20,857 bases of DNA, taken from NCBI GenBank assembly GCA_049598495.1, contig JBMYNR010000028.1, positions 1-20,857 of the forward strand, given 5' to 3'. Shown here piece by piece: positions 9,608 to 18,752 of the stretch (within the stretch, counting starts at the first letter, position 1; the number at the start of each line of letters is the position of its first letter). The position numbers and the translations under genes are program-made. The stretch is from Opitutales bacterium (GTDB lineage: Bacteria; Verrucomicrobiota; Verrucomicrobiia; Opitutales; Coraliomargaritaceae). The notes beneath the pieces were generated by a model. It ran no database searches, had not been told where the DNA came from, and was given only the letters and a program-made list of their open reading frames with translations.

Positions 9608-9841
9608 GTGATCGGGCTGAATGTGGATATCTTTTTCCTGCTCTATCTGGGGGCAGGCTTCCTCCTGCTTTTTAGTCTTTGGTTTTACTACGATTGGCGG
9701 GACGGGCACACCCACGACGCTCAGCGCTTCCGGGTGGTCTATCACTGTATTAAGTGTAGCCGAATTTACATCGGCCCCTTTCAGAGTGAAGAATGCGATT
9801 GCCCTGAATGTGGCTTCACCAACGGTCGATTACGCTTCTAG
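9608..9841 (+). CDS. Small membrane protein with C-terminal zinc ribbon (function unknown)
   Basis: 77 aa, GTG start 11 nt after the prs stop. One hydrophobic helix (IFFLLYLGAGFLLLFSLWFYY) followed by CIKC-x14-CPEC. Confidence 0.75.
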   Translation: MIGLNVDIFFLLYLGAGFLLLFSLWFYYDWRDGHTHDAQRFRVVYHCIKCSRIYIGPFQSEECDCPECGFTNGRLRF

Positions 9842-9863
9842 TTTAAGATTCCAGAAATAAGAA

Positions 9864-9925
9864 TTCAGTTTTTTCAATTTAATCACAGCTTTTCGTGCTT
9901 TCAGCTTTCTAATTTTCAGCATTTC
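9864..9925 (+). repeat. Degenerate short repeats (TTCAGCWTTC-like) in the guaA leader
   Basis: TTCAGTTTT (9864), CAGCTTTTC (9886), TTTCAGCTTTC (9899), TTTTCAGCATTTC (9913). Confidence 0.4.
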
Positions 9926-9930
9926 CAATC

Positions 9931-11478
9931 ATGCCAGATATCATCGCAGTTCTCGATTTCGGTTCGCAATACACACAGGTCATCGCGCGCCGTATCCGCG
10001 AAGCCCATGTGCTCTCGCGGATCTATCCCTATAACACCAAAGCCAGCGTTCTTAAAAAAGAGGGCGTTTGTGGGATCATTCTCTCCGGTGGTCCCTCCTC
10101 GGTTTTGTCGAAGGGCTCTCCGCGGCCCGACAAGAAAATCTTCGAGCTCGGTGTTCCGATGCTGGGCATCTGCTACGGGGAGCAACTGATGGCGCACATG
10201 CTGGGCGGCAAAGTGGGCAAGAGTGCGCAGCGCGAGTTTGGCCACGGCACCTTGAATATTTTGAAAAAAGGGAAGCTTTTCGCTGGCCTACCGAAGAAGC
10301 TACGCGTCTGGAATTCACACGGGGACCGTCTCGAAAAATTACCCAAGGGCTTCGAAGCCATTGCTTCTACGGAGAATTCACCCTACGCCACCATTCAAGA
10401 TGCGAAACGTGATTTCTATGGGATGCAATTTCACCCCGAGGTCGCGCACTCAGAAATGGGGATGGAGGTATTGACCAATTTCCTCCTCAAAATCTGTAAG
10501 TGCAAGGCCGAGTGGTCGATGGCCAACTATATCGAAGAGTCGATCCGCCAGATCCGCGAGACCGTTGGAGATAAGCGGGTGATCCTAGGCCTTAGCGGTG
10601 GTGTGGATTCATCTGTGGCCGCCGCACTGATCCATCGTGCGATTGGCAAACAACTCACCTGTGTTTTTGTTGATAACGGGCTCCTTCGCCTGCATGAACG
10701 TGAACAGGTGGAGAAGCTCTACGGGGATCATTTCGACCTCGATCTGCGCGTGGCTAAGAAGGCGAACCTGTTCCTCGGCCGGCTCAAGGGAGTCTCGGAT
10801 CCCGAGAAAAAGCGCAAGATTATCGGTAATACCTTTGTCGAGGTCTTCGATGAGGAAGTCGCCAAGCTCAAAAAGCGCGGGAATTACGCCTTCCTCGCGC
10901 AGGGCACCCTTTATCCCGATGTGATTGAGTCGGTCGCGATTGACGGGAACCCGGCCGCCCTCATTAAGAGTCACCATAATGTCGGTGGTCTTCCAAAGAA
11001 GATGAAGCTGGACCTGCTTGAGCCGCTTCGCGAACTCTTCAAGGATGAGGTCCGTGAGTTGGGCTCGGAGCTTGGACTTCCGAAAGAAGTGGTCTGGCGT
11101 CAGCCCTTTCCCGGGCCTGGTCTTGGTGTCCGTGTGATGGGCCCGATTCGTAAGAAGGATCTGGATGTTCTCCGAAAGGCCGACGCGATCCTTCACGAAG
11201 AAATGATGGCCAATGATCTTTACTACAAGGTTTGGCAGTCGTTTTGTGTCTTTCTGCCGGTTAAGACCGTGGGCGTGATGGGGGATGAGCGTACTTACGA
11301 GAACGTCGTGGCGCTGCGAATCGTCGAGAGTGTGGACGCGATGACCGCCGACTGGGCGCGTGTCCCCTACGAGGTATTGCGAACGATTTCCTCCCGTATT
11401 ATCAACGAGGTCTCCGGTTGTAACCGTGTCGTGCTCGATATTAGTTCGAAACCGCCGAGCACGATTGAATGGGAATAG
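9931..11478 (+). CDS. guaA: GMP synthase (glutamine-hydrolysing)
   Basis: Motifs LDFGSQY, GICYG (catalytic Cys), [49 protein letters not shown]. Confidence 0.99.
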   Translation: MPDIIAVLDFGSQYTQVIARRIREAHVLSRIYPYNTKASVLKKEGVCGIILSGGPSSVLSKGSPRPDKKIFELGVPMLGICYGEQLMAHMLGGKVGKSAQREFGHGTLNILKKGKLFAGLPKKLRVWNSHGDRLEKLPKGFEAIASTENSPYATIQDAKRDFYGMQFHPEVAHSEMGMEVLTNFLLKICKCKAEWSMANYIEESIRQIRETVGDKRVILGLSGGVDSSVAAALIHRAIGKQLTCVFVDNGLLRLHEREQVEKLYGDHFDLDLRVAKKANLFLGRLKGVSDPEKKRKIIGNTFVEVFDEEVAKLKKRGNYAFLAQGTLYPDVIESVAIDGNPAALIKSHHNVGGLPKKMKLDLLEPLRELFKDEVRELGSELGLPKEVVWRQPFPGPGLGVRVMGPIRKKDLDVLRKADAILHEEMMANDLYYKVWQSFCVFLPVKTVGVMGDERTYENVVALRIVESVDAMTADWARVPYEVLRTISSRIINEVSGCNRVVLDISSKPPSTIEWE

Positions 11479-11518
11479 GGAGAACGGATCTCCCGATTCG
11501 GAGTCATTGGGCAGTGCC

Positions 11519-12241
11519 ATGAGAATATTTTACCGAGCCGCGATAGGTTTGTTACTGGCCGCCTCCCCATTGTCAGCTGAGGTGAGGGTGGAGGATATCA
11601 TCGAGCGCGCCCGTGCGACCCTCGGTGTTTCCTCGGCGCTTGATGCTGTGGTCACCCTTCGTATAGTCGGCAGTCTTCAGCCGGTCGATCCCGGGATTCC
11701 TCCGGCCAGCTTGTTGATTATCGCTCGCAAGCCCCATTCGCAGCGGATGGAGATCCAGGTCGATGACATTGTAGAAACGACCATTCTGAACGGGGATCAG
11801 GGCTGTATGATTCGCTCCAATCTTAGCGCGGACGCTTCCCGAATGCGGGATCTGGCCGATCCGGAACTGGAACGAGTGCTCTACAGCACGCGGCAGTTTT
11901 TCAACTTTTACCGGCCCGATTACAAGAATGGCGAGACGGTTCGATTTGAGGGTATAGAAACGCGACAAAAAACCCGCAGCTACAGCTTGCGCTACAGCTA
12001 CCCCGGTGGGCTCGAGACCACCCGTTATTTCTCGGTCGAGGATGCCAGTTTGGTTTCGACCGTCACTGAAAACGGCGTCGAGAGTGTTGGCATCGGTTCG
12101 CAGCTTGTGGCTGGGATACAGTTTCCGAAGCAGATTGATTACTTTGAGAGAGGGCGCAAACTTCACACCATCGTCTTGGAGGAAATTCAGGTAAACAAGC
12201 CCTTGACTGCGGGCATTTTTGACATTCCGGAGGGCGATTAA
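11519..12241 (+). CDS. Secreted hypothetical protein, possibly LolA-like/outer-membrane lipoprotein-sorting fold
   Basis: ATG at 11519 gives a 240-aa protein with a signal peptide (MRIFYRAAIGLLLAASPLSA). It is beta-strand rich and ends VNKPLTAGIFDIP, resembling the N..L....F..P end of LolA-like proteins. Confidence 0.7.
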   Translation: MRIFYRAAIGLLLAASPLSAEVRVEDIIERARATLGVSSALDAVVTLRIVGSLQPVDPGIPPASLLIIARKPHSQRMEIQVDDIVETTILNGDQGCMIRSNLSADASRMRDLADPELERVLYSTRQFFNFYRPDYKNGETVRFEGIETRQKTRSYSLRYSYPGGLETTRYFSVEDASLVSTVTENGVESVGIGSQLVAGIQFPKQIDYFERGRKLHTIVLEEIQVNKPLTAGIFDIPEGD

Positions 12242-12268
12242 CAGTAGACCACTTTCCCATACCTTCGC

Positions 12269-12296
12269 TTGCGGTTCCGGCATTCAGGCCTTTTCT
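12269..12296 (+). promoter_or_regulatory. Possible promoter for hisDCB
   Basis: TTGCGG (12269-12274), 16-nt spacer, TTTTCT (12291-12296). Same geometry as the candidate upstream of rplY. Confidence 0.3.
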
Positions 12297-12305
12297 AACA
12301 GCATC

Positions 12306-13601
12306 ATGCAGAAACTAGAATTTTCAGACACGCCCAAATTCCGGAAGGCGCTTCGCAATTTTTGCGAGCGGGCGAGCGTTTCAGGGGATGTATCCGATGT
12401 GGTGACAGCCGTATTGGCGGATGTCCGCGCGGAGGGAGATGCCGCGGTTCTCCGATACACAGAGAAATTTGATGGCGCTCAACTGGAGGCGAAGGAGATG
12501 CGTGTTTCTCCCGCCGAACTGAAAGCTGCGCTCAAGTCCCTATCTCCGGTCGATCGTAAGGCGATCCGCGAGTCGATTGCTTTGGTCAAGGAGTTTCACA
12601 AGAAGACCCTGCCGAAGAATTGGAAGGCGAAGAACTCACAGGGCGGCATCGTGGGCGAGCGTTTCTATCCGATTCAAAGGGTGGGTCTTTATATTCCCGG
12701 CGGCAATGTCCCCCTCGTGTCCACCGTGATTATGACCGCTGTTCTGGCAAAATTGGTCAAGTGCCCTGAGATCGCGGTGTGCACTCCACCCGATGCAGAG
12801 GGGCGTATCGCCCCGGCGATGCTGGCAGCGCTTGCGATGATCGGCATTGATGAAGTGTATCGTGTGGGCGGTGTTCAAGCGGTGGGAGCGATGGCCTATG
12901 GGACTCGGACAGTGCCGGCTGTCGATAAGATCTATGGCCCCGGGAATGCCTATGTGATGGAGGCCAAGCGTCAGGTCTTGGGCACCGTCGGAATAGATCT
13001 TCTCCCCGGACCGAGTGAAGTCATGATCCTTGCCGACGGTGGAGCCAATGCCAGGCATGTGGCTGCCGATCTCCTCGCTCAGGCGGAGCACGGCAGCGGC
13101 AAGGAGATCATTTATTTTGCGACGACCAGTCAGGCACTCCTAAAGAAAGTGGAGAAGGCGATTGAGAAGCAGTTGCCGTCGCTTTCGCATGGGGACAAGT
13201 GCGCGAAGGTTCTGAAAGACCGCTGTCTCGCACTGAGTTGCAAGAGGCTGACCCAAGCCGCCGAGGTAGCTAACTTTATTGCACCGGAGCACCTGGAACT
13301 TCAGGTTGCGGAAAGCTCTATTGAGCCTCTGAGCAAACAGATTACCACGGCCGGAGCGATCCTTCAGGGCTATCTCACCCCTACAGTGCTCGGTGATTTT
13401 ACCGCAGGGCCCAGTCACACCCTGCCCACCGGGCGCGCGGGGCGCTTCTTCAGCGGGCTTCAGGCCATTGATTTTATGCGCCGCTCCAGCACGGTACGCT
13501 ACGATGCAAAGAGTCTGGCCAAGGCAGCGCCCGTCGTGGATACTTTTGCCCGTCTCGAACAGTTGGATGCTCACGGCAAGTCGCTTACGATTCGTCTCTA
13601 G
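12306..13601 (+). CDS. hisD: Histidinol dehydrogenase
   Basis: Motifs [65 protein letters not shown] at 12306 avoids overlap with the upstream gene. Confidence 0.98.
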   Translation: MQKLEFSDTPKFRKALRNFCERASVSGDVSDVVTAVLADVRAEGDAAVLRYTEKFDGAQLEAKEMRVSPAELKAALKSLSPVDRKAIRESIALVKEFHKKTLPKNWKAKNSQGGIVGERFYPIQRVGLYIPGGNVPLVSTVIMTAVLAKLVKCPEIAVCTPPDAEGRIAPAMLAALAMIGIDEVYRVGGVQAVGAMAYGTRTVPAVDKIYGPGNAYVMEAKRQVLGTVGIDLLPGPSEVMILADGGANARHVAADLLAQAEHGSGKEIIYFATTSQALLKKVEKAIEKQLPSLSHGDKCAKVLKDRCLALSCKRLTQAAEVANFIAPEHLELQVAESSIEPLSKQITTAGAILQGYLTPTVLGDFTAGPSHTLPTGRAGRFFSGLQAIDFMRRSSTVRYDAKSLAKAAPVVDTFARLEQLDAHGKSLTIRL

Positions 13602-13618
13602 AGGCTGGTCTCCGAAAA

Positions 13619-14710
13619 ATGAAGAAAACCTACGATGCACAGGCGCTTGCGCTCCCTCATATCCAGGACTTGCACGCCTACGTGCCCGGGGAGCAACCGC
13701 AGGGTGAGGGATGGGTGAAACTCAATACGAATGAAAATCCGTATCCGCCATCGCCGAAAGTGGGACAGGCGATCGCATCGGTGATCAATCTGCTGCGGAA
13801 ATATCCCGAACCGACCAGCGCACAGCTTCGTGCGGCGATTGGTGCGCGATTTGGTTTGGCAGAAAAGAACGTCATCATCGGGAACGGCTCGGATAATATT
13901 CTCGACTTAATTACCCGCTGTTTCGTTTCCGATCCGGGTGCCGGACACACCGTCCCGAGTTATTCACTCTATCCGGTCGTTGCGGAAATGTCGGGTCAGT
14001 CCTTGATGGATGTCGATTTTGATCGCTCGCTGCATTTGGACATCGATGCCATAGCAGGAACAAGGGCAAAAGTATTTTTCCTGACCAACCCCAACGCGCC
14101 GACCGGGGTCGCATTTCCGCTCTCGGAGATCGAATTGGTCCTGCAGAAATTGGATGGGCTGCTGGTTGTCGACGAAGCTTACGTTGATTTCGGAGGAGAG
14201 TCCTCCGTGTCTTTATTGAAGGATTACGAGAACCTAATCGTGGTTCGTACTTTTTCGAAGTCCTACAGTCTCGCGGGGATGCGTGTTGGATTTGCCTTGG
14301 CCAGCGCCTCAATTATTGAGGTGCTCGATCGTGTACGGGATGCTTATAATTTGGACCGTGTTGCCCAGGTGGCGGCTCTCGCTGCATTTGAGGATGTCGA
14401 GTATTTCGAGGAGCAACGGAAACGGGTGATCGCCAGTCGCGAACGCACACGCGAGGGATTGGAGGCCTTCGGTTGGTTTAGCTATCCATCCGCTGCAAAT
14501 TTCTTATTCGCCGAACCTAAGAACGCTGCCGGGGAATCGGGGCCGGATGTGGCTGCGAGTTTATTCGAATACCTTAAGGAACATCGTGTGCTCGTGCGCT
14601 ACTTTCCCGGACATCCTTTAACTTGCGCTTTTATCCGCGTCAGCATAGGAACGGATGATGAAATGCAGACATTTTTAAGCGCCTCTGAATCATGGCTGAA
14701 CAACGCATAG
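13619..14710 (+). CDS. hisC: Histidinol-phosphate aminotransferase
   Basis: Motifs [39 protein letters not shown] (PLP lysine) followed by [10 protein letters not shown]. Confidence 0.97.
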   Translation: MKKTYDAQALALPHIQDLHAYVPGEQPQGEGWVKLNTNENPYPPSPKVGQAIASVINLLRKYPEPTSAQLRAAIGARFGLAEKNVIIGNGSDNILDLITRCFVSDPGAGHTVPSYSLYPVVAEMSGQSLMDVDFDRSLHLDIDAIAGTRAKVFFLTNPNAPTGVAFPLSEIELVLQKLDGLLVVDEAYVDFGGESSVSLLKDYENLIVVRTFSKSYSLAGMRVGFALASASIIEVLDRVRDAYNLDRVAQVAALAAFEDVEYFEEQRKRVIASRERTREGLEAFGWFSYPSAANFLFAEPKNAAGESGPDVAASLFEYLKEHRVLVRYFPGHPLTCAFIRVSIGTDDEMQTFLSASESWLNNA

Positions 14711-15294
14711 CAAAAATTACCCGTAATACGAAGGAGACTCAGATCCAGATGGAACTGAACGTCGACGGCTCGGGAGTGTCCGAAATTGAAACCGGGATTC
14801 CTTTTTTCGACCACATGTTGACCTTGCTCGCGAAGCACGGCCTATTCGATCTTAAGATCAAGGCGACCGGAGATATCAATGTTGATTATCACCACATGGT
14901 GGAGGACACGGGCATTGTTCTAGGGCAGGCGATCAAGGAGGCGCTTGGTGAGAAGCGCGGTATCCGCCGTTATGGTTTCTTCCTGCTGCCGATGGATGAG
15001 TCCTTGGCCCGTGTTGCGCTCGATTTGTCGAACCGGCAGGCCTTCGTCTACAAGGTGGACTACCAGTTTCCGATGGTTCGGGATTTTAACATCGTTTTGG
15101 TGAAGGAATTTTTCCAAGCCTTCGCAAATGAGGCTGCCTGTAACCTACACATCAATCTCGAATACGGGGAAGAACCTCACCATATCGCCGAGGCGATTTT
15201 CAAGGCCTTCGCCCGCGCACTGGATGTTGCCACCACCGTGGATCCTCGATTGGGGGATGCATTGCCCAGCACCAAGGGTACGCTCTCGTCCTGA
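14692..15294 (+). CDS. hisB: Imidazoleglycerol-phosphate dehydratase (monofunctional)
   Basis: Motifs [46 protein letters not shown]. Overlaps the hisC end by 19 nt. Confidence 0.98.
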   Translation: MAEQRIAKITRNTKETQIQMELNVDGSGVSEIETGIPFFDHMLTLLAKHGLFDLKIKATGDINVDYHHMVEDTGIVLGQAIKEALGEKRGIRRYGFFLLPMDESLARVALDLSNRQAFVYKVDYQFPMVRDFNIVLVKEFFQAFANEAACNLHINLEYGEEPHHIAEAIFKAFARALDVATTVDPRLGDALPSTKGTLSS

Positions 15295-15325
15295 TTCTGC
15301 GTCCTGATTCTGCGCCCTGATTCTG
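15287..15325 (+). repeat. 13-bp tandem repeat x3 spanning the hisB stop codon
   Basis: CGTCCTGATTCTG / CGTCCTGATTCTG / CGCCCTGATTCTG, one mismatch in the third copy. Confidence 0.9.
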
Positions 15326-15366
15326 CCCGCTTCCTTGTAGGAGGGGTCTGCAGTACGTCTATGCAC

Positions 15367-15389
15367 AATCGAAATCACGTCGTTCGATT
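15367..15389. promoter_or_regulatory. Spaced inverted repeat, candidate operator upstream of the TonB cluster
   Basis: AATCGAA-N9-TTCGATT with perfect 7-bp arms in the AT-rich intergenic region. Confidence 0.3.
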
Positions 15390-15551
15390 ATGTGTTTCTT
15401 TATATTGTGGATTGTTCTAGTCAAAGTATATCTATTGATACCTTCTAGCTGTAGTCAGTTCAAGCGTTCTACAATCCACCCGCCCTCGGGTAGCCCCTTT
15501 TTTCAGCGACGGCATGCGTCTATTTTTTTAAACAAACAATATCCCAACTTT

Positions 15552-16307
15552 ATGAAGATCAGTAGAAGCCTCCTTCTTGGCCTTTTTACATTCACGTCAA
15601 CCGTGGTGGGCCAGAACAAGATTGATAACACAAAAGATACCTTGGATCAGTGGGTGGAGACCCAGCAGATCATTTCCCAGGCGAAGAGTGAATGGAAGCT
15701 TGAGAAAGCTATCCTGGGGGATACGGAGAAGCTGCTGGCTCAAGAGCTCGAGCGTTTAAACCGTGCGCTTGAGGATCTCGAGGCGACTTCGACTGCCGCC
15801 GACGAGGAACGTACCGAGCTGGCTGCCAAGAAGGAAAAGCTTGCTGCAGCTGCCGCCGTGGTGGCGAAGAATATCGGTGAGCTGGAGAGTCGTACCAAGG
15901 CCATCGTCAAGAGCTTCCCTGAGCCATTGGTCGAAAAGATTAAGCCGCTGATTCGCCGCCTTCCCAATGACTCTACGAATACCCGGTTGTCCCTCGGTGA
16001 GCGGGTTCAAAACATTGTTGGTATTCTCAGTCAGGCCGACAAATTCAATGGCAGTATCACACAGACCAGCGAGTCGCTCGATTTGGGCGATGGTCGTGTG
16101 ATCGAAGTGCGTACGCTTTATTGGGGCCTGGCCGGCGCGTTTTATGTGGATGCTTCCGGGGACTACGCCGGGGTTGGTGTTCCCGGCGAGGATGGCTGGG
16201 AGTGGCCGCAAGTGGAGGGATCCGGCGTCCAGATCAAAGCTCTCCTCGATGTTTACGAAGGCACCGGGGATATTCAGTTCGTCGAGGTTCCGGCCGCGAT
16301 CAAGTAA
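15552..16307 (+). CDS. DUF3450-like periplasmic coiled-coil protein (TtpB-like)
   Basis: ATG at 15552 gives 251 aa: signal peptide, long coiled coil, LSLGERVQ and a C-terminal beta region (GRVIEVRTLYWGLAGAFYV...W.W). Sits directly upstream of the long ExbB. Confidence 0.75.
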   Translation: MKISRSLLLGLFTFTSTVVGQNKIDNTKDTLDQWVETQQIISQAKSEWKLEKAILGDTEKLLAQELERLNRALEDLEATSTAADEERTELAAKKEKLAAAAAVVAKNIGELESRTKAIVKSFPEPLVEKIKPLIRRLPNDSTNTRLSLGERVQNIVGILSQADKFNGSITQTSESLDLGDGRVIEVRTLYWGLAGAFYVDASGDYAGVGVPGEDGWEWPQVEGSGVQIKALLDVYEGTGDIQFVEVPAAIK

Positions 16308-16325
16308 CTTTCAACCGAGATTTCC

Positions 16326-17714
16326 ATGCAGTCTTTGAAAACCATTCTTTTTACCCTTGCTGGCGCAGCCCTTCTTTCTTCGGGGCAAGCGCAGACATTT
16401 AACGCCGCATCCGATCAAGCCGATGTCGACTTGAAAGCCTCTCTAGTCGAACTGGCTGAAGTCCGGGATGCCATCACGGAGGAGAAGATTCCGTTCGTTA
16501 AGGAAGTCGCTCGTGTTGAGGACGAGGTCATTCGCAAACGTGAGGAACTGGACCGCCTCCGCCGTCTACGTGACAATAGCGATCTCGGGCTGAATCGTCT
16601 GCGAGAGCAGGTCGAGTCGATGAACGAGCAAAACGACTATGCCGCGAGTCTCCTGGATGAATTTGTGCGTTCCTTCGAGACGCGGATCGACTACAGTGAA
16701 ACACAACTCTATGCGGAGGCGACGGAAGATGCCCGTCTCGCGCTGGAGGATTCCGATGTGGAGCAGTCTCAGCGGTTTGAGAAGCAACTCGATGTCGTCG
16801 GTGTGGCGCTTGACCGGATGGGGAAACTGGTGGGCGGATATACCTTTGAGGGGAGTGGCCTCGCGCCAGTGGGTGAAATCGAGGCGGGGACCTATGCTGT
16901 GTTCGGTCCGACTGTGTATTTTGCTTCCGCGCAATCCGATCTAGCCGGTCTTACATTTAATAAGCTCAATGCGGCGGTGGCTGCGATTGCGGTGCCAGGT
17001 CCGGAATATGCTGCTGGCATTCGCGAATTCATTGAAACGGGCGAGGGTAGTATCCCTGCTGATGCGACTCTGGGCAAGGCAATGAAGATCGTTCAGGGCG
17101 ATGATTCTCTAGGGGAGCAGATCGAGAAGGGCGGTGTGGTTGGTCTGGTGATCATCGCTCTGGGCCTGTCTTGCTTTTTGATGGGGCTATTCAAGGTTTA
17201 CGAGATTTTCAGTTTCAAGACGCCTGACCATGCGACCTCAGCCAAGGTGGTGCGCCAATTGAAAGAGGGTGATATCTCGGAGGCCAAGGCGTCTGCCGCC
17301 ATGGATGCCACGGGTATCCTGACCGCTGGGATAGAGAATATGAAACAGCGACGCGGCACCCTTGAGGAGATTCTCTATGAGCGCATTCTCGCGGCTCGTC
17401 CCCGTCTTGAGCGTTTTCTTCCTTTTATCGCACTGACTGCTGCGGCAGCTCCTTTACTGGGTCTTCTTGGCACGGTCACCGGCATGATTAAGACCTTTAA
17501 TCTGATCACGATTTTTGGCACGGGCGATGCCAAGAGCCTTTCCTCCGGTATTTCGGAGGCGCTGGTGACGACGGCGCTCGGTCTGATCGTGGCGATTCCA
17601 GCTCTGATTATCCACGGCTTACTTTACCGGATGGCGCGTAAAAAACTCGCGGATATGGAGAAGACAGCTGTAGGTTTTGTGAACGGAGTCTCGTCTGAGA
17701 AAGAGGCCTCTTGA
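16326..17714 (+). CDS. Long MotA/TolQ/ExbB family protein with N-terminal periplasmic extension (TtpC-like)
   Basis: 462 aa: signal peptide, ~250-aa coiled-coil/globular region, then ExbB core (GG.V..VI, APLLGLLGTVTGMI.TF, GISEALVTTALGL). Confidence 0.9.
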   Translation: MQSLKTILFTLAGAALLSSGQAQTFNAASDQADVDLKASLVELAEVRDAITEEKIPFVKEVARVEDEVIRKREELDRLRRLRDNSDLGLNRLREQVESMNEQNDYAASLLDEFVRSFETRIDYSETQLYAEATEDARLALEDSDVEQSQRFEKQLDVVGVALDRMGKLVGGYTFEGSGLAPVGEIEAGTYAVFGPTVYFASAQSDLAGLTFNKLNAAVAAIAVPGPEYAAGIREFIETGEGSIPADATLGKAMKIVQGDDSLGEQIEKGGVVGLVIIALGLSCFLMGLFKVYEIFSFKTPDHATSAKVVRQLKEGDISEAKASAAMDATGILTAGIENMKQRRGTLEEILYERILAARPRLERFLPFIALTAAAAPLLGLLGTVTGMIKTFNLITIFGTGDAKSLSSGISEALVTTALGLIVAIPALIIHGLLYRMARKKLADMEKTAVGFVNGVSSEKEAS

Positions 17715-17735
17715 AGCGATAACCGTTGATTGCTC

Positions 17736-18320
17736 ATGTTGAATGACATTATAAGCATCTGGTTGAGCGGAGGATGGGTGATGATTCCATTGGCTCTTCT
17801 CGCCGTGCTCATCTATTCAACTGGTTTGGAACTGCTCTATCATTTGAGAAGCGGTAACATGCAACTTGGCCGAGAGTCTGACTGGCTTGTTTGGATTGAG
17901 GATCCATCAAAGGCCGAGGGGCGTGCGGGCGAGATTATTCGCTACACACAGGAAGGCGGGGGCGCTTCAAGGCAGGTGAGAAACCGCTTTGAGGAGGTTC
18001 GTCTGGACCTGGTCAGTCGGATTGAGCGTCGATTGGTTTTTCTGACCACCCTGGTGGCCTCAGCGCCTTTGATGGGGCTACTTGGAACGGTAATTGGTAT
18101 GCTTGGAACGTTTGCTGCCATTTCCATGGGCGGAGGTTCGGAAACGGCTGCGATGGTGGCAGAGGGAATTTCCGAAGCCTTGATCACGACGCAAACCGGT
18201 CTGTTCATCGCGCTACCCGGTGTCTTTCTCACGCTGATCATTCGCCGGCGCAAGCACTCTGTAGAAGCTGCGCTTGCCCGGATCGAATCCTTGAGTCTAA
18301 CCAAGCTCCAATTGGATTAA
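17736..18320 (+). CDS. exbB: MotA/TolQ/ExbB proton channel protein
   Basis: Motifs [37 protein letters not shown] at 17736, alternative TTG at 17730. Confidence 0.92.
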   Translation: MLNDIISIWLSGGWVMIPLALLAVLIYSTGLELLYHLRSGNMQLGRESDWLVWIEDPSKAEGRAGEIIRYTQEGGGASRQVRNRFEEVRLDLVSRIERRLVFLTTLVASAPLMGLLGTVIGMLGTFAAISMGGGSETAAMVAEGISEALITTQTGLFIALPGVFLTLIIRRRKHSVEAALARIESLSLTKLQLD

Positions 18321-18344
18321 CTATCATTTATTAGGAATTTAAGT

Positions 18345-18743
18345 ATGCCCCGAAATCTGACATCTGACGAAAACGACAACGTAGAGATCAATCTGTCTCC
18401 AATGATCGATATGGTGTTCATTCTTCTCATTTTCTTTATCGTCACGACGGTCTTCGTCGAGGAGACGGGTGTTGAAGTGAACAAGCCGGAAGCCGCCGCG
18501 GCGATTCAACTTGAGAAAAACAGCATTCTCATTGCGGTGACTGCCGATAACAAAGTGATCTACGGTGGTCGGGATGTCGGCGTCTCGGGTGTATCGCCCA
18601 TCGTCAAGCGGCTCACGCTACAGGAAGATATCCCTGTCATTATACAGGCGGATGAGGGGGCCAATCACGGGATTTTCTCGCGCGTCTATGGTGAGGCGAA
18701 ACTCGCCGGCGCGAAATCGATTAACTTTTCGACCAAACGTTAA
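18345..18743 (+). CDS. exbD: Biopolymer transport protein ExbD/TolR
   Basis: [20 protein letters not shown] with the conserved membrane Asp, GVEVNKP, VIIQAD, AKLAGA. Confidence 0.95.
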   Translation: MPRNLTSDENDNVEINLSPMIDMVFILLIFFIVTTVFVEETGVEVNKPEAAAAIQLEKNSILIAVTADNKVIYGGRDVGVSGVSPIVKRLTLQEDIPVIIQADEGANHGIFSRVYGEAKLAGAKSINFSTKR

Positions 18744-18752
18744 GCCTTCGAG

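Noticed and set aside
9842..9930. Purine or other riboswitch upstream of guaA
   Set aside because: The region is very AT-rich with no three-stem junction or expression-platform terminator visible.
11360..11518. Longest-ORF N-terminal extensions (11360, 12219, 15390, 19282)
   Set aside because: They overlap upstream genes or intergenic DNA. Downstream ATGs (11519, 12306, 15552, 19414) give proper signal peptides or family-typical starts.
10609..12283. Antisense ORFs of 303 aa and 236 aa
   Set aside because: They lie opposite guaA and the secreted protein. The plus-strand frames carry the motifs and signal peptide.
15287..15325. CRISPR-like array
   Set aside because: The units are 13 nt, directly adjacent with no spacers, and no cas genes are present.
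15330..15551. Cobalamin riboswitch, tRNA or canonical Fur box before the TonB cluster
   Set aside because: No B12-box, cloverleaf or 19-bp Fur consensus is recognisable by eye. An Rfam/tRNAscan run would be decisive.
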